NCBI GenBank assembly: GCA_963796965.1
Contig: CAWCNS010000016.1
Span: 224,001-288,000, forward strand
DNA: 64,000 bases
From: Calditrichia bacterium
GTDB lineage: Bacteria; Calditrichota; Calditrichia; JAJRVZ01
Reading direction: 5' to 3'
The notes beneath the pieces were generated by a model. It searched no databases. It was not told the origin of the DNA and was given only the letters and a program-made list of their open reading frames with translations. Made by a program: the position numbers and the translations under genes. This document shows positions 31,199-41,902 of the stretch, piece by piece. Each line of letters opens with the position of its first letter. Within the stretch, counting starts at the first letter, position 1.

Positions 31199-34100
31199 TC
31201 ATCTCAATAAAATCAATTTCTTTGTTTTTACAAATTCTCCCGCCTTTATTCTGTAGTAATAGACACCACTGGCAAACGCGGAAGCATCCCATTCTACTTG
31301 GTATGATCCAGCATGTTGTTTCTCAGATACCAGAGTAATTATCTCCTCACCCAAAAGATTGTAGATGCTCAACTCCACCTCATTGGTCATTGGTAATTGA
31401 TAATTGATCATTGTAAGGGGATTAAAAGGATTTGGATAATTTTGTTCAAGGTTATAATGTGATGGTTTTAATTCATTTTCAGACAACATAATGTTTGTTA
31501 CGACACCACTAATCACCAAACCGGTTACACCGGCTTTTCCGGTTGACCCAATTAGAGATCCTGTACCATTTGTCGTATCAATAGAAATAAAGGAAGTAAT
31601 TTCTTTTGGAGAACCAAATCCCGATAAACCAAATAATTTTCCTGCAGAATCAAAGCATATAGCCAGGCTTGTATTAAATCCACTCTTGCCAATATAGGTT
31701 GCAGACGCATTGCTTTTATCGATTTTGTATGATGACCCATCTACCGTAGACACCCAGAGCTGATCATTAAATGGGTTGACAGCAGCCCCCAAAATAATCC
31801 CGATATTTGCGGTTCCCAGAAGTGAGGCTGATCCTGTTGTATCATCAATTGCATACAGTTCTCCTGCGAATGCATTAAACCCGAAGAGGTTTCCCTCCTG
31901 ATCAAATGTTATTGCGCGAAGATTTCCTTCCGGGATGGTATATTTCTCATACGCTTTTCCATTCCTGGCATTAATTCTGTAGATGGTTGTTTGATGCCCC
32001 AAAGCCAGGGTTGCCCAGAGTTCTTTAGTAAGGGGATGTAAAACTAGACCGGTAATATCTGCTAAACCGGTGGATCCAATGGACTCTGTCTGACCATCAG
32101 ATTCACTTACCGATAATAGTTTCACCTGGTCGTATTTGCTTGTGACAGCATATATCTTGTTTTCTTCAGCCGGATGTATGATCCAACCGGTTCCATGAAG
32201 ATATAGTCTGTTTAGCGGATTTAAACTATCATTGGTAAAAACAAGAAGTGTATCGCTAATCGTTTCTTCGTTAGTTGCGGAGAATATCACTTCAATGTTT
32301 TTATATTGATTGAATTCCGATAAAACGATAGGATAATTAATCCCCGGTGAGAGTGTGAAGTTCTGTCCTGATATTTGAATAGTATTGATAGTCAGGGTAT
32401 CTAAGCCACGATTGTATATTTGGATAATATTTGTATCAGAGGAGGCAGCAACTTCTGCTGAAAATTTTAGCGTGTCCACACTAAATTCAAGCGAAGGTTC
32501 TAGCGTTGGATACGCAACACCAACAGCACTCCAGGCATCAATTACAGAATTTAATTCTTCTGAAGAATCGCCAAATAGATCTTTAGCCGCGTAGATGGCC
32601 GCTCTTCGGGCATCATAAAATCTGGAGGTGGGCATCAGGTAAACTGTCAACATCCGATAGGCAATTCTTCCGGCCTTTTCGGATCCAATTCCATCTACTT
32701 TAAATGAATGACCATGATCATTTGTCCCTGTTCCTCCCTCTGCAAGCAAGTAAAACCAATAGTTCTGAACGCTGCTGTTAATGTGGACCCCACCATAATC
32801 ATTTTCTTCCGATGGCCAGGGAGTTTCCGGAAACCAGAAATTACCCAGATAGGTGTCTGGGTAACCCAGGGAATTTGGATCTTCCATTGATCTGAATACC
32901 ATACCATCAGGCATGAAGTCTTCGCCCATAACCCAGTCACCATTAACACCCTCAATATAATGTTCAACCATAGTCCCGAAAATATCACTGAATGATTCAT
33001 TTAAAGCACCAAATTCATTTTGGTAGATAAGACCTGCAGAATACTGGGTCACGCCGTGAGTCAGTTCATGTCCAACTACTTCAAGTGAAACAAGTGGTGA
33101 TTCATTGCCGGCTCCGTCACCGTAAACCGCCAAGTTCAGATAACTATTCCAGAAGGCGTTAGATAATTTATCATCAAAATGCACAAAAGAGATTATTCTT
33201 CCCTCTGAGTCGTCATAACTTTTGCGTTGATGATGATTGAGGTAATAATCATAAGTTACTTCTGAAGCCCAATGTGCACTGACCCCTGTTTTTGAATCAA
33301 TATCTGTGAAACTGCTGTCCTCATCGACAAAATCCGATGCATAACCCAATTCAATTTCGTTATGAAGATTATATGTTGCGATTCCTAATCCCCTGGATTC
33401 TTCCCGTAACCTGTATTTGCCATCCTCGATATGCATAACCTCGCGGGCCAAGTTTCGGGGAGTTAATCCCTCTTGAACACCATCATTAAAAAATAATATA
33501 CCCTGATCACCTGAAATCTGGATACTGTCAATTTGCCAGCCAAATAAATCCGGCCGAATATCCTCAGCAGAATAATCATAATCAGAAGCAAAAGCGAACC
33601 TGAGTCTAACGGTGTTTCCAGATAAATGAGATAAATCAAGATCCACTTTTGACCAATCAAGTACACCACCACTCCAACCGGGAATTCCCGGTCCTTCTCC
33701 AAAAACGCTTCCAAAACTATAGATACTGGAATCAGTATACCCTGGACTGGGGTGGTTTAAAACTTGCCAGCTTTCACCATTATCTATTGAACATTGTACA
33801 TTCATCCCTTCCCAGGAGTCGTAACCTTCAGGATAGTTTTCCATAGGCTCCGTTACAGCATAGCGATGGTAAAATGAAAGATTTATATCTGAACCTCGTA
33901 ATGTCATGGTGTCCGTATCTAATACTTCATACCAACTGTTGCCATATCCCCCATCGTCTCCAAGCAAAGTATCTGCCATCCACCAACTATATCCCTGTCC
34001 ACCCATGGCCTGCCAGGTGTCAGGATGCCATTTTGGTGGCGATGGTATCGGCTCACTAATCGTATCAGAGACGGTAATCTCTCTCATACTATTATAAAGG

Positions 34101-34852
34101 GTTAATCCCTTTCCGATAACATCTTCTGTCAATACAGATGGATAGACATTAATCACCGATCCATCAATGGCGTCGATATCAATTATTTTGCCTCCAAAGG
34201 GGATCTCGGTATGAATATTAAACCGGTAAGCTAAACGGAACTCCTCCTTTAGCATAAGAAAATTCTTCGAGACAATGAGCAATTTTCCCTCTGGGAAAAA
34301 TGAAGCAGATGGATCATTTAGCATTGTTTTTATAAATTTATCATTACTAACTTTTTCCCACATGTAGGAAGAAGCATTGATATGTTGCATAGCCTGGGCG
34401 AGAGCTTGTTCTTCTGATAAAGCAGGTTTTACATTTAGATTAAGATCATGAATCAATTTACCATGAACATAAAAGATCTGTCCGTTTTTTTCATGAGCAA
34501 GTAATTGTACTCCGGCGAGCTCTAAGCCTTTATAATATTGTTTGAGTCGGTAATGAACCTGATCAATCTCATCGAGGAAAATCGAAGATTTCTTGATTTG
34601 GGTGTCTGTGGTTTTTAAATACTGTCTCTGATAGTCCAAAATAAATCTATCGACGCTAACTTCATCAGTCAGTTTAAAAGTGATTTCAAGTGGGGTATCA
34701 TCCCGTTGATCATATATAATGTTTGCCTTATTCAGACTATTTTGAGATTTGGCATCTGAGAATGCGGATATCAAAAAAGTTATAAAAATGAGAAAACGAA
34801 ATATGGAATATCGGATTGTGTTCTCCATTTTAAACTCCTGTTGCTCGTTCAT
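31199..34852 (-). CDS. secreted M4 (thermolysin-like) metallopeptidase with accessory domains and C-terminal sorting tail
   Basis: FTP/PepSY prodomain, NAFW, GHELTHG, GALNESFSD, GGVHINS; Ig-like and propeller-like repeats; QNYPNPFNP...KKLILLR. Confidence 0.9.
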   Translation of the reverse strand: MNEQQEFKMENTIRYSIFRFLIFITFLISAFSDAKSQNSLNKANIIYDQRDDTPLEITFKLTDEVSVDRFILDYQRQYLKTTDTQIKKSSIFLDEIDQVHYRLKQYYKGLELAGVQLLAHEKNGQIFYVHGKLIHDLNLNVKPALSEEQALAQAMQHINASSYMWEKVSNDKFIKTMLNDPSASFFPEGKLLIVSKNFLMLKEEFRLAYRFNIHTEIPFGGKIIDIDAIDGSVINVYPSVLTEDVIGKGLTLYNSMREITVSDTISEPIPSPPKWHPDTWQAMGGQGYSWWMADTLLGDDGGYGNSWYEVLDTDTMTLRGSDINLSFYHRYAVTEPMENYPEGYDSWEGMNVQCSIDNGESWQVLNHPSPGYTDSSIYSFGSVFGEGPGIPGWSGGVLDWSKVDLDLSHLSGNTVRLRFAFASDYDYSAEDIRPDLFGWQIDSIQISGDQGILFFNDGVQEGLTPRNLAREVMHIEDGKYRLREESRGLGIATYNLHNEIELGYASDFVDEDSSFTDIDSKTGVSAHWASEVTYDYYLNHHQRKSYDDSEGRIISFVHFDDKLSNAFWNSYLNLAVYGDGAGNESPLVSLEVVGHELTHGVTQYSAGLIYQNEFGALNESFSDIFGTMVEHYIEGVNGDWVMGEDFMPDGMVFRSMEDPNSLGYPDTYLGNFWFPETPWPSEENDYGGVHINSSVQNYWFYLLAEGGTGTNDHGHSFKVDGIGSEKAGRIAYRMLTVYLMPTSRFYDARRAAIYAAKDLFGDSSEELNSVIDAWSAVGVAYPTLEPSLEFSVDTLKFSAEVAASSDTNIIQIYNRGLDTLTINTIQISGQNFTLSPGINYPIVLSEFNQYKNIEVIFSATNEETISDTLLVFTNDSLNPLNRLYLHGTGWIIHPAEENKIYAVTSKYDQVKLLSVSESDGQTESIGSTGLADITGLVLHPLTKELWATLALGHQTTIYRINARNGKAYEKYTIPEGNLRAITFDQEGNLFGFNAFAGELYAIDDTTGSASLLGTANIGIILGAAVNPFNDQLWVSTVDGSSYKIDKSNASATYIGKSGFNTSLAICFDSAGKLFGLSGFGSPKEITSFISIDTTNGTGSLIGSTGKAGVTGLVISGVVTNIMLSENELKPSHYNLEQNYPNPFNPLTMINYQLPMTNEVELSIYNLLGEEIITLVSEKQHAGSYQVEWDASAFASGVYYYRIKAGEFVKTKKLILLR

Positions 34853-35123
34853 ATCTGGTTAAATATTTTGATATTGCAAGGATTAATCTTGAGGTAAAAC
34901 CGGAAAAACAGTAAATCAAATAAATCTATATAGCACAAATCTAAAACTAGTCAGAGGATATTATTTTTTAATTGATCAGGCTAGATACATTAAAAGACGT
35001 GAAACACTAAAATTAGTTTCAGAATTGGTATCAGTGACTATCTTTCAGATTGTGAGAAACACGAAAAACATACAATAGCTGGCTCAATTCCGGGGTTGTA
35101 ATGCTTGTTAATTACTACTAAAT

Positions 35124-35141
35124 TTGTAACAAAATTCACGT
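35124..35141 (+). promoter_or_regulatory. possible Rex-like operator upstream of nfnA
   Basis: TTGTAAC-AAAA-TTCACGT versus the TTGTGAA-N4-TTCACAA consensus (4 mismatches). Confidence 0.25.
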
Positions 35142-35270
35142 GATGTTTTAATAGAAAATATAAAATTTACATAAAGAATTGTGGCTTGCCTGTATTCATT
35201 GTTTCAGATATCCAGGTATAAAAAAATAGTTAAGTATCAATTGGAATTGATGATAGAGAAGGGGAGAAGG

Positions 35271-36125
35271 ATGTATCTCATTACTGAGGCAAGGTTTCTT
35301 GCAGAAGATGTAAAACTTTTTAAGATTAAGGCACCAAAAATTGCGAGAAAAAGAGAAGCAGGACAATTTGTTATTATCAGAGTAGAGGAAAATGGTGAGC
35401 GTATTCCACTGACAATTGCAGATTCGGATAACGATAATGGTACGGTAACTATTATTGTACAGGGTGTAGGGAAAACCACCCGACAATTGAATAAAATGAA
35501 TAGCGGCGATGAAATCCTGGATGTGGTTGGCCCACTTGGGATGCCTTCTCATATTGAAAAATTTGGTACTACAGTAAGTATTGGAGGGGGAGTAGGATCG
35601 GCCATAGCATATCCGACTGCAGTCGCTTTAAAAAAGGCAGGCAACCATGTAATCACGATAAATGGGGCCAGAACAAAAGATCTGGTCATACTGGAAGATG
35701 AAATGAAGACTGTCAGTGATGAAGCTTATATTACCACGGATGATGGTAGTTATGGACATCATGGATTTGTCACCGATATGCTGCAAAAACTCATAGACGA
35801 TGGAAAGAAAATTGATTTTGTACTGGCTATTGGTCCGATCCCAATGATGAGCGCAGTGGCAGAGGTGACCAGACCCCATGGTATCAAAACAGTCGTGAGT
35901 TTAAATCCGATTATGATTGATGGTACGGGTATGTGCGGCGGTTGCCGGGTAACCGTGGGCGGGAAAACCAAATTTGCATGTGTTGACGGCCCTGAATTTG
36001 ATGCCCATGAGGTAGATTTTAAAAATCTGATCGACCGCAACCGGATGTATGCAGCCTATGAAAAAAAATCTCTCGAAAACTATGAACATAAATGCAATTT
36101 GATAAATACTGTTGAAAATCGATAG
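35271..36125 (+). CDS. nfnA: NADH-dependent ferredoxin:NADP+ oxidoreductase small subunit (NfnA/SudB type)
   Basis: GQFVI, ERIPLTIAD, GPLG, GGGVG, DGTGMCGGCR, CVDGP. Confidence 0.88.
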   Translation: MYLITEARFLAEDVKLFKIKAPKIARKREAGQFVIIRVEENGERIPLTIADSDNDNGTVTIIVQGVGKTTRQLNKMNSGDEILDVVGPLGMPSHIEKFGTTVSIGGGVGSAIAYPTAVALKKAGNHVITINGARTKDLVILEDEMKTVSDEAYITTDDGSYGHHGFVTDMLQKLIDDGKKIDFVLAIGPIPMMSAVAEVTRPHGIKTVVSLNPIMIDGTGMCGGCRVTVGGKTKFACVDGPEFDAHEVDFKNLIDRNRMYAAYEKKSLENYEHKCNLINTVENR

Positions 36126-36133
36126 GTTGAATA

Positions 36134-36577
36134 AACCACAGAAAGACACAGAATATACACAGAATTTAAATGACTGACTTTCTCTATAAGGATCTTTCTT
36201 ATAAAATTATTGGCGCTGCGAAGGAAGTTTATAAAACTTTAGGCAATGGGTTTCTGGAGTCCGTGTATGAAGATGCCTTTTGTTATGAATTGGACAAATT
36301 AGCCGTTTGCTATCAACGGCAGGTGGAATTAGATGTTTTTTATAAAGACCGAATATTTGAAAGAAAATTTAGAGCAGATCTTGTCATTGATGATAAAATA
36401 TTAGTCGAAAACAAAGTTATAAAGAAGATATCTAATATAGAAGAAGCGCAACTGATAAACTATTTGAAAGTAACAAAATTAAAGGTTGGATTAATTTTGA
36501 ATTATGGTAGCCCAAGATTTGAATTTATGAGAAGAATTTTCTAATTCTTCTGTGTTTCTCTGTGTGATTCTGTGGTT
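36134..36577. mobile_element. inverted-repeat-bounded cassette carrying the GxxExxY gene
   Basis: AACCACAGAAAGACACAGAATATACACAGAA (36134-36164) and TTCTGTGTTTCTCTGTGTGATTCTGTGGTT (36548-36577); each arm has three CACAGA units. Confidence 0.6.
36170..36544 (+). CDS. GxxExxY family protein (PD-(D/E)XK-like)
   Basis: LGNGFLESVYE, RADLVIDDKILVENK, AQLINYLK, GLILNYG. Confidence 0.92.
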   Translation: MTDFLYKDLSYKIIGAAKEVYKTLGNGFLESVYEDAFCYELDKLAVCYQRQVELDVFYKDRIFERKFRADLVIDDKILVENKVIKKISNIEEAQLINYLKVTKLKVGLILNYGSPRFEFMRRIF

Positions 36578-36623
36578 AAATAATACAACACATAAAGCAA
36601 AATATAAGTGAAAAGGAAAATCT

Positions 36624-38067
<1,444 letters not shown>

Positions 38068-38167
38068 TTGTCAATTCCCTTGTATCTTTTATTTTTTTCA
38101 AATCTTATTGGTCACAATCCGCTATAGTCTCAGTGTCAAAAGAAGATATGCTAAGGGGGAACGAAAG

Positions 38168-38623
38168 ATGCGAATTGATGCAAAATCCGTAGAGGAATAT
38201 TTGGAGAAAATACCAGAAGATCGAAAAGAATATTTTAAAAAACTCAGAGAAACGATTAAAGAAAATATCCCGGATGGATTTGTGGAAGAGATGAGTTATG
38301 GAATGATCGGATATGTTGTGCCGCACAGTATTTATCCCAAGGGTTATCACTGTGATCCCAAATTACCTTTACCTTTCACAAACATCGCTTCCCAAAAAAA
38401 CTTTATTGCCTTATATCATTCAGGCATATATGCCAACCCTAAAATATTGAATTGGTTTGTTCAGGAATATCCAAAACATAGTAAACAAAAACTTGATATG
38501 GGAAAAAGTTGCGTGCGGTTTAAAAAAATCGAAGAGATTCCCTATCAATTGGTTGGGGAATTAATGCAGAAGATGTCTGTCGAAGATTGGGTTGAATTGT
38601 ATGAGGAGAAAGTAAAAAGATAA
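38168..38623 (+). CDS. DUF1801 domain protein
   Basis: SVEEYL, MSYGMIGYVVP, ASQKNFIALY, MGKSCVRFKK. Confidence 0.85.
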   Translation: MRIDAKSVEEYLEKIPEDRKEYFKKLRETIKENIPDGFVEEMSYGMIGYVVPHSIYPKGYHCDPKLPLPFTNIASQKNFIALYHSGIYANPKILNWFVQEYPKHSKQKLDMGKSCVRFKKIEEIPYQLVGELMQKMSVEDWVELYEEKVKR

Positions 38624-38637
38624 TTTGGAGTATCATT

Positions 38638-38668
38638 TGTAGAGACGTCCCGTCGGGACGTCTCTACA
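38638..38668. repeat. GTAG-type REP palindrome
   Basis: Perfect 15-bp arms TGTAGAGACGTCCCG-T-CGGGACGTCTCTACA between convergent genes. Confidence 0.75.
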
Positions 38669-38778
38669 TACGAATGAATTTAGATAGTTTATGCATATGT
38701 AACGGTGCTATTAAACGCTCCGCTCCCCCTGATTCCCTGGTGTGATCTAAGCAATCAAGGAGATCAATACCTGCCACA

Positions 38779-40158
38779 TCAACTATCCTTAAACTCTGCC
38801 ACAATCGCTGAAATACTTTCCTTTGCATCGCCAAACAACATCCTGGTATTGGGTGCAAAAAAAAGTTCATTCTGGATTCCTGCGAATCCTGCTGCCATAG
38901 ACCGTTTCAGAACAAATACAGTTTTAGCATAGTCAACATTGATGATTGGCATACCATATATGGGGCTGCTCTCATCATGCCTGGATGCAGGATTTACCAC
39001 ATCATTGGCACCAATCACAACCGCTACATCTACAGTATTGATGATCGGATTGATATCATCCATTTCATATAGTTTATCATAAGATACATTTGCCTCGGCA
39101 AGCAAAACATTCATATGGCCGGGCATTCGTCCTGCGACTGGGTGTACTGCATAGTAAACATCAGCACCATTAGCTTCCAGCAAATCCCCCAATTCCCGGA
39201 CAACATGTTGCGCCTGGGCTACGGCTAAACCATATCCCGGTACAAAAGCAACAGAACTTGCAGCCTCCAGAATAAGATAAGCGTCTGCTGCTACAATAGG
39301 CTTTACTTCTCCCTGCTGCTCACCGCTTTTACCCGTAGTGGTCGTGGCACCAAATCCACTGAATAAAACATTACTGAGGGATCTGTTCATAGCTTTGCAC
39401 ATAATATTAGTGAGGATAATACCGCTTGCCCCAACCAGGGCTCCAGCAACAATCAAAATATTGTTCTGAATAACAAAACCTGCTGCACAGGCTGCTAAGC
39501 CGGAATAACTATTTAATAGCGAGATCACCACGGGCATATCAGCGCCGCCGATGGGAATGACAACCATAACACCTAAGATGAACGACAAGATAATAATGCC
39601 AATAAATAGTTCATAATTAATGGCTGGATTTATTATATAAATAACACCAACCGCTAATGTACCGAAGAATAATAGGGCATTGACGATTTTTTGTCCAGGG
39701 AAAAGTGTTGGCTTTCCGCCGATAATCTCTGCTAATTTTGCAAATGCAATTAGACTACCTGTAAAGGTTACTCCTCCAATTAGAACCGAGAGGAAAATTG
39801 TTGTAATTGTAAAACTGTCAGCCATGGGAAAAGAATGATAGGCTTCCCAACCAACCAGAAGACTGGCGATACCGCCAAATCCATTAAATAAGGCGACCAT
39901 TTCGGGCATCTGGGTCATCGCAACCATCCGCGCAGCAAAAGCACCAATAATTGCACCTATAACAAAACCGATCGCAATCCACTGAAAATCAACGATTTCT
40001 TTGCTGATTAGGGTTGTAACTACGGCAAGAAACATACCAATTGCCGAGATAAAATTTCCCCGTCGGGCAGTTGCAGGTGAACTTAACATCTTTAAACCAT
40101 AGATGAATAAAGCACCTGAAATGATATATATAAGATTTACAATAATATCTATGCTCAT
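38779..40158 (-). CDS. pntB: NAD(P) transhydrogenase subunit beta
   Basis: MTQMPEMVALFNG, GGADMPVVISLLNSYSG, PGYG, HPVAGRMPGHMNVLLAEA, GANDVVNP. Confidence 0.95.
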   Translation of the reverse strand: MSIDIIVNLIYIISGALFIYGLKMLSSPATARRGNFISAIGMFLAVVTTLISKEIVDFQWIAIGFVIGAIIGAFAARMVAMTQMPEMVALFNGFGGIASLLVGWEAYHSFPMADSFTITTIFLSVLIGGVTFTGSLIAFAKLAEIIGGKPTLFPGQKIVNALLFFGTLAVGVIYIINPAINYELFIGIIILSFILGVMVVIPIGGADMPVVISLLNSYSGLAACAAGFVIQNNILIVAGALVGASGIILTNIMCKAMNRSLSNVLFSGFGATTTTGKSGEQQGEVKPIVAADAYLILEAASSVAFVPGYGLAVAQAQHVVRELGDLLEANGADVYYAVHPVAGRMPGHMNVLLAEANVSYDKLYEMDDINPIINTVDVAVVIGANDVVNPASRHDESSPIYGMPIINVDYAKTVFVLKRSMAAGFAGIQNELFFAPNTRMLFGDAKESISAIVAEFKDS

Positions 40159-40459
40159 TTTTTATCCCCTGTCGATTTTTTCTTGAACATTCCCAACATT
40201 CTGTCTGTTACCATATAGCCACCGATAACATTGATCGTAGCAAAAGCTACCGCTGAAGTTGCCAGAATGATGCTAATCGTTTCGTTTCCCGTAGATCCGG
40301 CAGCAATAACAGCACCGACAAGAGTAATTCCAGAAATGGCATTTGATCCGGACATGAGCGGGGTATGAAGTGTTGCGGGTACTTTAGATATAACTTCAAA
40401 TCCAAGAAAATTGATAACATTAAAATAAATGCCAGAAAAATTAATGTAGTAGGGTCCAT
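40155..40459 (-). CDS. pntAB: NAD(P) transhydrogenase subunit alpha part 2 (frameshifted)
   Basis: VPATLHTPLMSGSNAISG and NVIGGYMVTDRML; the N-terminus is in another frame starting MDPTT at 40459. Confidence 0.85.
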
Positions 40460-40520
40460 AATATTTCCTCTATAGTTTTTCGTTATTCTCCCGAATGTAA
40501 TTCGGGATTTCGGAATCTCG

Positions 40521-41654
40521 TCATTTATTTAAATTCTTCATCATATCACAAAAAATCTCGCCCTGATAGGTAACCAGGCATCCCTTGATAATTTCATCCT
40601 CCAACTTTAATTTGAAGGATTTCGTATCATCGTCCCAGAACGTTGCCAATAATCCTGCCAGATTACTGGAATACATTTGTGTGGCATGAACAGGGACGCG
40701 TCCGGGTAAATTCTCCAAACCGATAATACGGACGCCGTTGATATCAACTTCCTCTCCAAGTTTTGATCCTTCAACATTTCCTCCCGTTTCCACAGCAAGA
40801 TCAATTATCAGACTCCCCGGTTTCATACCCTGAACCATATCCTTGGTTATTATGATAGGGGCTTTTCGACCAAAAACCTGTGCAGTGGTAATCACAACAT
40901 CAGATTGGGCACAATGGCGTGCCATGGCTTCTCGTTGTTTGGCTAATTGTTCATCAGTAAGTGCTTTGGCATAGCCATCTTTTGTTTGCCCGGTTTCACC
41001 CAGGTCTATTTTGATAAACTTGGCGCCTAATGATTGAACCTGTTCTTCCACTGCAGGTCTTGTATCAAAGGCATCAACTCTGGCTCCCAGGCGCTTAGCT
41101 GTGGCAATTGCCTGCAGGCCCGCTACTCCGGCACCAATAATGAATACCCTGGCAGGAGTAATTGTTCCGGAAGGTGTCATCATCATTGGAAAAATTTTAT
41201 CTAGACGTTCTGCCGCAACAATGACAGCAACATATCCAGCAAGACTTGCCTGAGAACTCAACGCATCCATTTTTTGGGCAAGAGTTGTTCTGGGAATCAA
41301 TTCCATAGAGATGGCATTAACCTGCTTTGATTTTAATTTTTCAATCAATGACGGCTGATTAAAGGGGTCCAGATAACTTATATGGATGCAGCCTTTTTTC
41401 AACCAATCGACCTCTTCTTCGGGAGGGATCCGAAGCCGAAGAACCATATCGGCCTCACTTATCATTTTTTTCCTGTCATCTGATATGGTTGCACCAGCTG
41501 CAGAATATTCTTCATCCTTGAAGCCAGATCCTAATCCCATACCTTTCTCCACGGTGATGTCGGCACCGCGTTTAACAAGATCCGCAACAGTTTGAGGATT
41601 AACAGGTACTCTTCTCTCTGAAGGATAGGTTTCTTTTGGAACCACTATTTTCAC
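40521..41654 (-). CDS. pntAA: NAD(P) transhydrogenase subunit alpha part 1
   Basis: ERRV, PRTTLAQKMDALSSQ, GAGVAGLQA, GYAK, DLAVETGGN. Confidence 0.95.
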   Translation of the reverse strand: MKIVVPKETYPSERRVPVNPQTVADLVKRGADITVEKGMGLGSGFKDEEYSAAGATISDDRKKMISEADMVLRLRIPPEEEVDWLKKGCIHISYLDPFNQPSLIEKLKSKQVNAISMELIPRTTLAQKMDALSSQASLAGYVAVIVAAERLDKIFPMMMTPSGTITPARVFIIGAGVAGLQAIATAKRLGARVDAFDTRPAVEEQVQSLGAKFIKIDLGETGQTKDGYAKALTDEQLAKQREAMARHCAQSDVVITTAQVFGRKAPIIITKDMVQGMKPGSLIIDLAVETGGNVEGSKLGEEVDINGVRIIGLENLPGRVPVHATQMYSSNLAGLLATFWDDDTKSFKLKLEDEIIKGCLVTYQGEIFCDMMKNLNK

Positions 41655-41793
41655 GAATTACCTCCTCTACAAAATCATAAATTGACTATTTTAATATGAT
41701 AACTTAATCATATACAGCAGTAAAATTTGATTACAGAATTTGCTAATTGGATGGTCTAAGAGTTCCCCCTGACGACACCCGGGAAATAATAAA

Positions 41794-41867
41794 AGCATGG
41801 CGCAGAGAGCAGAGTGTACAGACTGAATAGAAATAATATGCAATGCGCCACGCTCTAAGCATTATGC
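41794..41867. repeat. inverted heptamer-array element (AGCATGG/CGCAGAG family)
   Basis: AGCATGG-CGCAGAG-AGCAGAG facing ATGCGCC-ACGCTCT-AAGCATT-ATGC. Confidence 0.55.
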
Positions 41868-41902
41868 AGTCAAAATCTTATATAAATTAATCCTGCACTG
41901 TA

